Origin: Caldilineae bacterium
GTDB taxonomy: Bacteria; Chloroflexota; Anaerolineae; JAAEKA01
Direction of reading: 5' to 3'
Length of the DNA stretch: 64,000 bases
NCBI GenBank assembly: GCA_020634555.1
Contig: JACKBK010000018.1
Coordinates: forward strand, 987-64,986
The position numbers were made by a program, and so were the translations under genes. Positions within the stretch are counted from its first letter, which is position 1; every line of letters starts with the position of its first letter. The notes beneath the pieces are model-generated. The model saw nothing but the letters and a program-made list of their open reading frames with translations. It did not search any database and had not been told where the DNA came from. Below, in pieces: positions 45,638-52,800 of the stretch.

Positions 45638-46726
45638 TTACACCGCCATCCGGCGCACCACCGCCAGCAGCAACTCCGTGCCAGCAGCCATATCGGCAAC
45701 CGCGATGTGCTCGTTGGGAGTGTGGACATCCTCCATGCCGGTGCTGATGACCACGCAGGCAATGCCGGTCGCGTTGTAGATGTTGCCATCGGTACCGCCG
45801 CCGCTGCTGCGTAGCATGACTTCATAGCCCAGCTCGCGGGCCGAGGTAGCTGTCGCCTGCACAATGGGCGTCTGCTCCGGCAGCCGGTAGGCATCGTAGG
45901 CCCGGGTCACGTCGCAGTCGACGCGGGTGTTGTGCCTGGCCGCAGCTCCGTTGAACGCGTCGAGGATCGATGCCGTCAGCATTTCCAGCTTCTTTGCGTC
46001 GCGGCTGCGCGCCTCACCAACCACCCGCACCCGGTCGGGCACAATGTTGCGCGCCGTCCCGCCCTCGATAATGCCGATATTCGACGTGGTTTCGAAGTCG
46101 ATGCGCCCCAGTGGCATGGCAGCGATGGCCTCAGAGGCGACGCGGATGGCGTTGATGCCGCGCTCCGGCTCGGAACCGGCGTGCGAACTGACGCCGTGAA
46201 CCGTGAATACCAGACTGTCCTGGCCGGGCGCCGCGACCACAAGATGGCCGGTCGGGCCGCCGGCGTCCAGAATCACACCATGGCGGGCGCGCAGCTTGCC
46301 GGTGTCCATGTTGCGCGCACCATACAGCCCCAGTTCCTCGCCAACGCTGATGACGACCTCCAGCGGCGGATGTGCCAGGTCATGCTCGCGCAGCGTTTGC
46401 AGCACCTCCAGAATCGCTGCGACACCCGACTTGTCATCGCCGCCGAGAATCGTGTCGCCCGCGCTGTAGATCACGCCATCGCGAATCACCGGTTCGATGC
46501 CAATGTCAGTGCCGACGGTGTCCATGTGCGCGCTGAGCAACAACCAGTCGTCGCCAACGCTGTTAGTTCGACCAACGAGGTTGCCGATCTCGTCGAATTC
46601 GGTCTCCAGGCCCAACGCTTGTAGGCGCCCGGCCAGATGGCGGCCGATCGCGGCTTCCTGCCCACTAGGACTGTCGATGCGTACCAGTTCCAGAAATGTA
46701 TTGACAAGGCGATCTTGGTTGATCAC
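45638..46726 (-). CDS. M20-family metallopeptidase (PepT-like tripeptidase type)
   Basis: 362 aa. LLLSAHMDTV, ILGGDDKSGVAAILE and GGTDGN motifs. Confidence 0.8.
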   Translation of the reverse strand: MINQDRLVNTFLELVRIDSPSGQEAAIGRHLAGRLQALGLETEFDEIGNLVGRTNSVGDDWLLLSAHMDTVGTDIGIEPVIRDGVIYSAGDTILGGDDKSGVAAILEVLQTLREHDLAHPPLEVVISVGEELGLYGARNMDTGKLRARHGVILDAGGPTGHLVVAAPGQDSLVFTVHGVSSHAGSEPERGINAIRVASEAIAAMPLGRIDFETTSNIGIIEGGTARNIVPDRVRVVGEARSRDAKKLEMLTASILDAFNGAAARHNTRVDCDVTRAYDAYRLPEQTPIVQATATSARELGYEVMLRSSGGGTDGNIYNATGIACVVISTGMEDVHTPNEHIAVADMAAGTELLLAVVRRMAV

Positions 46727-46855
46727 GAAATTACCTCAGAAGAATATAGTTGAGAAGGGGGAGGACCGGGCGCGGGTACTCTACAACAGCGGGATTATAA
46801 CACAGGAACGGTTTGCGGCCAACGAAAACTCGTGTCCGCTTCCGGTCCCGGTGGT

Positions 46856-46892
46856 AAAAAAACGCCCCTGCCATCTCGTGCTGACAGGGGCG
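46856..46892 (-). terminator. Rho-independent terminator of the cytochrome operon
   Basis: The minus strand reads CGCCCCTG..loop..CAGGGGCG followed by TTTTTTT, 32 nt after the cytochrome c stop. Confidence 0.8.
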
Positions 46893-46923
46893 CTCGAATT
46901 TAGAAGCGTCGTCTGCTGCTGGC

Positions 46924-47760
46924 TTACGACTCCGGTGTCTTGCGCCCAGAGAACCAGATCACCAGCACGATGAGGGCGACAACCAACAACAACAGCAGTA
47001 GAATTAGCAGCCAGTTTGTGCCGCCACTGTCAGTTGCCTCTGAAGGCGCGGGCGTTGCAGTTGCTTGCGCTGGCTGCGCCGCCTGCAGGCTGATGATGTA
47101 GGCAGAGATATCGTCAATCTCGGCGTCACTCAGCGGGCCGCCGTTGGCCTGACTCCAGGCCGGCATAGCTGTGCCACTGATGCCGGTGGCGACAGTAGCA
47201 CGCACAAACTGCTGCGGATTGATGCTGGCGAAAGCTTTATTAAGATTTGCGCCAACCCGTCCCTGCCCCTGGTCGCCATGGCACATAGCACAGTTCTCGA
47301 CAAACAGCACATGGCCAGTGCTGGGATCACCGCTCACACCCGGCACCGTTGGTACCGGCGTCACCGGCAGCGGAGTCGCCGTTGGCGCCATAGGGCTGCG
47401 TCCGCCGCTGAGGCTCACCACAAAAGCCGACACGTCGGCGATCTCCTGGTCGGTCAGCGGTCCGCCATGCGCCTGGCTCCACGGTGGCATGGCCGTACCT
47501 GCAATACCCTGCTCTACGACCGACTGCACAAAGGCGTTGGGATCCAGCGCCGGGAAGTCGGACGACAGGTTCAGACCAAGCCGCCCCTGCCCTTCCGCCC
47601 CGTGACAGACCGCGCAGTTGGCGTCGTAGATCTGCGAGCCGCGCGTGATGTCACCCTCCTGAGCCGCGGCAGCGGCAGTGAACAGGATCAACAGCAGGGC
47701 AGTCAGTAGAACAACGATGGATATGCGTGCTACGTGGCGATGCGGGTGGTACGCTGGCAT
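46924..47760 (-). CDS. Membrane-anchored dihaem c-type cytochrome
   Basis: Two CxxCH motifs (CAVCHG, CAMCHG). N-terminal signal/TM and a C-terminal TM anchor NWLLILLLLLLVVALIVLVIW. Confidence 0.85.
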   Translation of the reverse strand: MPAYHPHRHVARISIVVLLTALLLILFTAAAAAQEGDITRGSQIYDANCAVCHGAEGQGRLGLNLSSDFPALDPNAFVQSVVEQGIAGTAMPPWSQAHGGPLTDQEIADVSAFVVSLSGGRSPMAPTATPLPVTPVPTVPGVSGDPSTGHVLFVENCAMCHGDQGQGRVGANLNKAFASINPQQFVRATVATGISGTAMPAWSQANGGPLSDAEIDDISAYIISLQAAQPAQATATPAPSEATDSGGTNWLLILLLLLLVVALIVLVIWFSGRKTPES

Positions 47761-47863
47761 ATCGCCTCCTTTGGGTAAACAACGAGGGCTGACAAAGCAA
47801 CTGGCCGGGCGGCGGGTGGCCAGCCCGGCCAGTCATGAGGGTCAGAATAGGCGTGTGCGTCAA

Positions 47864-47895
47864 GAAGTTCGACTTTTCGGAAAAAGTCGAACTTC
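47864..47895. repeat. 32-nt palindromic hairpin element, second copy of the 2470..2501 family
   Basis: GAAGTTCGACTTTT-CGGA-AAAAGTCGAACTTC, 9 nt downstream of the cytochrome c stop at 47904. Confidence 0.7.
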
Positions 47896-47903
47896 TGCAC
47901 GGT

Positions 47904-48704
47904 CTATTGCAACGTCAGCAGGTATTGGATCAACCCGTTCAACTCAGCCTCGGAAAGGGTGCTGCCGAACGTCTGCGGCATCAGGTTCGGCGAACATGGA
48001 CCAGTTGGACACTCAGGCACGATAAAGGCGTTGGGATCCACGATAGACTGATGGATGTATTCCTCAGCCGACAGTCCGGCGACCTCCGTTCCGGCGCGAG
48101 TCGCGATGCCACCCAGGTTCGGGCCGATGATTCCTGCGCCACCTGGCTCGCCGTGACAGCCTGCGCAACCGTTGGCCGCGTAGACCGCCATGCCGATCTC
48201 GACCGGATCAGCGTTGGGATCGATGACAACTTCTTCGGTAGGAGTAGCTTCGCCGCCGCCTACCGCCGTGGCCTCCCAGTTCAGGATGAAATCAGCCAGA
48301 TCGCGTACCTGGTCGGGCCGCAACGGACCGCCATATTCCTCACCCCAGGTCGGCATAACCGCTGAGTAGTTGCCGCTGCCCACCGGCCTGCCGGACGCAA
48401 TGGTCAGTTCAATGTAGCTTTGCAGCGTACCGGCGTAACCGACTTCCTGCAAGCGGCCATCGAAGAAATTCGCGCTGTTCAGCGCCGGCGCCACGCCGGG
48501 AATGCCCTGTCCCTGCACACCGTGACAGCCAATGCAGTTGGTCTCGAAGAGCTTGGCGCCGTTCTCAATCGAACGTCCTGCAAAATTAGCCTCGCGTTCA
48601 GAAAGGCGATTAAGCTCGCGGAAGCCAACAATGGAGGTTGCCAGAGCGATGCCGAGAACGGCCAGGATGCCAATTGTGATCTTCAATAAGGTGTTGTTTC
48701 TCAT
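47904..48704 (-). CDS. Dihaem c-type cytochrome
   Basis: Two CxxCH motifs (CIGCHG, CAGCHG) and an N-terminal TM/signal sequence. Confidence 0.85.
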   Translation of the reverse strand: MRNNTLLKITIGILAVLGIALATSIVGFRELNRLSEREANFAGRSIENGAKLFETNCIGCHGVQGQGIPGVAPALNSANFFDGRLQEVGYAGTLQSYIELTIASGRPVGSGNYSAVMPTWGEEYGGPLRPDQVRDLADFILNWEATAVGGGEATPTEEVVIDPNADPVEIGMAVYAANGCAGCHGEPGGAGIIGPNLGGIATRAGTEVAGLSAEEYIHQSIVDPNAFIVPECPTGPCSPNLMPQTFGSTLSEAELNGLIQYLLTLQ

Positions 48705-48709
48705 GGCCG

Positions 48710-50326
48710 CTACTCGCCGTATCCGGCTTCTTCATGAATGAAGAAGGTCTTTTCAAAGGTCTGTTCGTCGACGCCTTCAGGCTGCCAGAAGATTCTCATG
48801 GTGATCTTCTTCAAGCCGTCTTGCCATTCTTCGATGATCATCTTGCCGTAACCATTGGGCAGCCCTTCGTCGAGCCCCTTTTCGTAGGCTTTCACGTCTT
48901 CTTGGACGATATGCTGGGCCATTTCCTCCATCAGCCCTTGCATGACCGGGTTGGCGACGCTGTCCGGATCGCCCGGCACATCAACGCGCGTGTCCCATTC
49001 GCCAAGCTGCAGCTCAGCCCAGGGGGTTTCCCGCACGGGACCGGCCTCCTCTTCTGGCAGCATCAACTGCACGACCTCCTCGGCGGGCGGCGATGCAACC
49101 TTGAAGAACGGCGTTCCCATCCAGGTCAGGATCACGAACACAGCGAGTGCTAGCATCCACGCCGACAAGGCGAAACGCCGATCCTTGGCGCGGCGGCTGG
49201 GATTGAAGTCGATGTATGGCATGATGAACAGGAAGCCAAACACAATGGTGGGCACGACCACCCCCATGATCGTCGGATCGCCCAGCTTGAGCAGGCCCTG
49301 GATCCACAGGAAATACCACGGCGCCTTGGTGTGCAACGGCGTCTTGTTTGGATTGGCGTGGTGTTCCAGCGGCGCACCTGGATATACGTTCAGCACAATC
49401 AGCGCCAGCAGGATGAAGGTGATCAGCGCCAGCAACAACATCTCGTCGGTAAACACATCGGGCAGATAGTAGCGGCGCCTGTCAGCCGGCACACGCTTGG
49501 CTGTGTCCTGCCCAATCTCTTCCTCCGACGAGGGTAGGGAAATACCAACCCGCACCACCTTGTAGTAGTGGATGAAGAACACGAAGATCACCAGCAACGG
49601 CACGAAGAGCACATGCAACAGGTAAAAACGCAGCAAACCGGCCGGCCCGATAGCCGGCGCACCCAACAGGATAAGCTGCGTTGTCTTGCCGAGGACAGGC
49701 GGCGGCGCTTTGTCGATCATGCTGCCGCCGATGGTCACCGCCCAATAGGCCAACTGGTCCCACGGCAACAGATAGCCGCTGAAGCTGAGGAACAGGGTCG
49801 CCAGCAGAAGAACCACGCCCGTCAACCAGGTAAACTGGCGCGGCTTCTTGTACGATCCTGTTAAGAACGTACGCACCATGTGTAAGAAGACGACGATCAC
49901 CATTCCTTCCGCGGTCAGGCGGTGGACGTCGCGAATAAGTTCGCCGAAGGGCACGTTGGTGAGGATGTTCAGCATGTCGCCGTATGCCCGCTGAGGCGTC
50001 GGCGCATAGTAGATCATCAGAAAAATACCGGTCACCAGCTCGATGAAGAAGAAATACGTGCTCAATAACCCCAGCCGGAAGGTATGCGTCAGCTTGGTTA
50101 CAGACTGGTGGTAGTAGCTCGGCTTGATGTGAAACCAGAACGACTCCGAGTGAACCGTCAATCGGGGGTTGGGACGCCGCGGGTCATCGCCCCGGGCCAA
50201 CCCGCGCAGGTCGTTCCAGTTCAGCCCGGTGGTGAGCTTGGTTATCAGAACATCCAACTGTCTGAGCAGCCAGGAGATGACGCCCTCTGTGCGTATTTCC
50301 CGGGCAACGTTGTTGATAACACCCAT
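48710..50326 (-). CDS. Cytochrome b (fused b6 plus subunit IV-like protein) with an extra soluble C-terminal extension
   Basis: 538 aa. VHRLTAEGMVIVVFLHMVRTF, FSGYLLPWDQLAYWAVTIG and PLHTKAPWYFLWIQGLL. About 125 residues follow the last TM helix. Confidence 0.85.
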   Translation of the reverse strand: MGVINNVAREIRTEGVISWLLRQLDVLITKLTTGLNWNDLRGLARGDDPRRPNPRLTVHSESFWFHIKPSYYHQSVTKLTHTFRLGLLSTYFFFIELVTGIFLMIYYAPTPQRAYGDMLNILTNVPFGELIRDVHRLTAEGMVIVVFLHMVRTFLTGSYKKPRQFTWLTGVVLLLATLFLSFSGYLLPWDQLAYWAVTIGGSMIDKAPPPVLGKTTQLILLGAPAIGPAGLLRFYLLHVLFVPLLVIFVFFIHYYKVVRVGISLPSSEEEIGQDTAKRVPADRRRYYLPDVFTDEMLLLALITFILLALIVLNVYPGAPLEHHANPNKTPLHTKAPWYFLWIQGLLKLGDPTIMGVVVPTIVFGFLFIMPYIDFNPSRRAKDRRFALSAWMLALAVFVILTWMGTPFFKVASPPAEEVVQLMLPEEEAGPVRETPWAELQLGEWDTRVDVPGDPDSVANPVMQGLMEEMAQHIVQEDVKAYEKGLDEGLPNGYGKMIIEEWQDGLKKITMRIFWQPEGVDEQTFEKTFFIHEEAGYGE

Positions 50327-50350
50327 TCGATCCTGCTCCTTGCCAGTTGT

Positions 50351-51067
50351 CTAGTGCGGTTGGCCCTTGAGGATTTGGCCAGTATCGACAATGACTTCCG
50401 CGTTGGGATATTGGGCAGCCGGCAGCGGCTCGCCGCCCTCGGTTATATCGGCGACCTTCTGCCCGTTTTCTTCCAGAACAGCATAGAACTGATCCAACGA
50501 TCGCGGGGCCGGTCCTTCGATGTATTTGCCTGTCTTCTGGAACTTGGAACCGTGGCACGGGCACTCGAAGCGGAAGGTCTGGTCTTTCCACTCGTACAGG
50601 CAGCCCAGGTGCGTGCAGACGCGATAGAGCGCCCGGAAGCCGTCCGCATCGTTGCTTGTCCAGAACTTGCCGTCCAGATTCGAAATCGGTGGGCCGTCTA
50701 CCGGTGGCAGGCTGGAGAAGGTTCCCAGGTTGAACAAGCCGCCGAATTCGCCTTCCTTGAATCGCGGTACGGTGAACAAAAAGCCAGCGATGCCCGCCTC
50801 CACCAACACCACGCCCAAGGCCGCGCCCCATGCGTAGTTCAGGAACTCGCGGCGGCTGACAGCCTCGCTTTCAGGTTTGGCTGCTTTCTTTGCCGCTTTC
50901 TTCTCTTCTTTCTGCTGGCGGCCAGATTTGAGGTACTCGCCGCTGTCACTTTGGAAGGTTTGGCCGGCAGCGGCGTCCTGCTGGCGCTGCTGCTCCTTGG
51001 TCTCTTGAAACTTTTGTTGTTCGGGGCTTAGCTCGTCGCCCGCTCCTGAAGACTTCTGGTTTGCCAT
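50351..51067 (-). CDS. Rieske [2Fe-2S] subunit of a cytochrome bc-type complex
   Basis: CTHLGC and CPCHGS boxes, an N-terminal Lys/Glu/Gln-rich region and a TM anchor. Confidence 0.9.
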   Translation of the reverse strand: MANQKSSGAGDELSPEQQKFQETKEQQRQQDAAAGQTFQSDSGEYLKSGRQQKEEKKAAKKAAKPESEAVSRREFLNYAWGAALGVVLVEAGIAGFLFTVPRFKEGEFGGLFNLGTFSSLPPVDGPPISNLDGKFWTSNDADGFRALYRVCTHLGCLYEWKDQTFRFECPCHGSKFQKTGKYIEGPAPRSLDQFYAVLEENGQKVADITEGGEPLPAAQYPNAEVIVDTGQILKGQPH

Positions 51068-51210
51068 AGGCTATCAGTTTCCTTACGTGCTACTGGGATC
51101 GCCATGATCCACATAGTCAATTTGCAACCAGGGGATTACGGACGCACCAGGTAACGTGGATACAACTACGGGAAGGTTATACTGTAATGGGGGCAGAAAA
51201 CACAGGCGTG

Positions 51211-51239
51211 ATTATAGCATGTGGGTATACCCTTGTCAA
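51211..51239 (-). promoter_or_regulatory. Consensus sigma-70-type promoter of the Rieske/cytochrome b/cytochrome c operon
   Basis: The minus strand reads TTGACA, a 17-nt spacer, then TATAAT (perfect hexamers), about 140 nt upstream of the Rieske ATG. Confidence 0.6.
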
Positions 51240-51244
51240 AAAGT

Positions 51245-51685
51245 TCACATTTCTCCCGACGAATCTGGTGGCCGGCGTCGCTGCTTGGTTTGAGCCCGCC
51301 GCCGTTTGGCATCCAGGCGTCGCTGGCGGGCGGCTGCGCCGGGACGGGTCGGTTTGCGCCGCTTGCGCGGTTTCAGCGCTGCGGCCAGCAGCCGCCGGAA
51401 GCGCTCAGTCACGTCGGCACGGTTCTCAGCCTGGCTGCGGCCTGCTTGCGAGGTCAGATGCAACACGCCGTCGCTGTCCAGCCGGCTGGCCAGACGTGAC
51501 AGAGCCAGGGCGCGCTGCTCGTCGCCCAAACTGGGCGAGTTGGTGAGATCAAACAGCAGCTCCACCTTTGTCTCTGTCCGCTGGACATGCTGGCCGCCAG
51601 GCCCGCCGCCGCGCGCAAAGCGAAAGCTCAGCTCGCTAAGCGGAATGGCAACCTGCTCGTTGATGATCAGCGTATCTTCAGTCAC
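51245..51685 (-). CDS. arfB: Alternative ribosome-rescue factor ArfB (GGQ-domain peptidyl-tRNA hydrolase)
   Basis: 146 aa. GPGGQHVQRTETKVEL with a basic C-terminal tail KPRKRRKPTRPGAAARQRRLDAKRRRAQTKQRRR. Confidence 0.85.
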   Translation of the reverse strand: MTEDTLIINEQVAIPLSELSFRFARGGGPGGQHVQRTETKVELLFDLTNSPSLGDEQRALALSRLASRLDSDGVLHLTSQAGRSQAENRADVTERFRRLLAAALKPRKRRKPTRPGAAARQRRLDAKRRRAQTKQRRRPPDSSGEM

Positions 51686-51762
51686 AAGGTTTCACAACTT
51701 CCCGGAGGTTCTTGCTGCTTTGGCCGGTCTCCAGCCCCAGCCAGCGCTCGCAGTCTCTCTGC

Positions 51763-52695
51763 TCAAGGTGTCGCTGTGCTGGGCGCAGTTCCGGTCAGTG
51801 GTTCGGTAGCCGTTAGCGGCAGGGTCGATGTGACTGTCCCTGTAACTGTCGGCGGTGGAATGATGACCGGTGGCGGGTCCAGGCGTTCGATGCGCAGCGA
51901 GCGCGTTAACTCATTGTAGCCCGCGCACGTTGGCTCCGAATACTGCAAGTTTCGGTTGCGAAAAAGCGACACCTCGTACAGCGCGCCGCTGTGCGACAGC
52001 AGGTCGTCCTCGCCGGGATACAGGGTAATCGTCTCGTTGCGCCAGCGTACCTCCAGCGGCAAAACCTGCCGGCTGGCAACGCAGGGATTGCTGGAAACGG
52101 GAACAGCAGGACACTCACCGTCAACGTTGGTTAACTCGATGTCCAGTGGATCGTCGCGCAGGTCGGTGTCGGTCAGTCCCAGAAACAACAATCCTGCATC
52201 GTCGAAGATCTGCAGGCCGTAGCTGCGCGCATCTGGCAACGTCTGGGCGGCCGGAGTCGCCGTATCCGCTGGCACTGGCGACAGCGAGCCAGAGGAAATG
52301 TCTGCCCACGCCACCAGCCGATACGACTGGTCCACGGCCAGCGGCGGCGGGTCTCCCTGATAGTCCAGCGTCAACGTGATGCCCTCGGCGGCCTCGGCCA
52401 GGATGAAGCGCCGATGCGGCGCGCGCGCCGGGTCGTCGTCCTGCCCCACCACGCGTGCCTGAAATTCGATCACCTGTCCGGCGCGGTAGGCCGTGGTCAG
52501 GTCGGTCTCCGGTGGATCCAGCGGCAGCAGCAGCCAGGTCTGCGGCGCGCCGTCTCCGCGGCACTGCGCCGGCAGGTCGATCTGCGCCTCTGGCGCGGTA
52601 TCGGGCACGCCAGGCTCCGGCGCGATCTGCGGCGCGCTGCAACCAGCCAGGGCGACTATCAGACCGATCAGCAAAGCAAAGCGTAATCTGTTCAT
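51763..52695 (-). CDS. Hypothetical lipoprotein
   Basis: Lipobox LIVALAGCSAP. No recognisable domain. Confidence 0.55.
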   Translation of the reverse strand: MNRLRFALLIGLIVALAGCSAPQIAPEPGVPDTAPEAQIDLPAQCRGDGAPQTWLLLPLDPPETDLTTAYRAGQVIEFQARVVGQDDDPARAPHRRFILAEAAEGITLTLDYQGDPPPLAVDQSYRLVAWADISSGSLSPVPADTATPAAQTLPDARSYGLQIFDDAGLLFLGLTDTDLRDDPLDIELTNVDGECPAVPVSSNPCVASRQVLPLEVRWRNETITLYPGEDDLLSHSGALYEVSLFRNRNLQYSEPTCAGYNELTRSLRIERLDPPPVIIPPPTVTGTVTSTLPLTATEPLTGTAPSTATP

Positions 52696-52726
52696 GGTGG
52701 AGAGGAACTGTCTGACGGCATGCTTG

Positions 52727-52790
52727 CCACGAATTACACGAATTGTTCGAATCCCTGACGACTGCTTCGTGGAATTCGTCCAATTCGTGG
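52727..52790. repeat. Imperfect hairpin built from CACGAAT-type heptamer units, downstream of valS
   Basis: CCACGAATTACACGAATTGTTCGAAT .. TTCGTGGAATTCGTCCAATTCGTGG. The outer 9 bp (CCACGAATT/AATTCGTGG) pair perfectly. Confidence 0.6.
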
Positions 52791-52800
52791 CATCTCTGGT

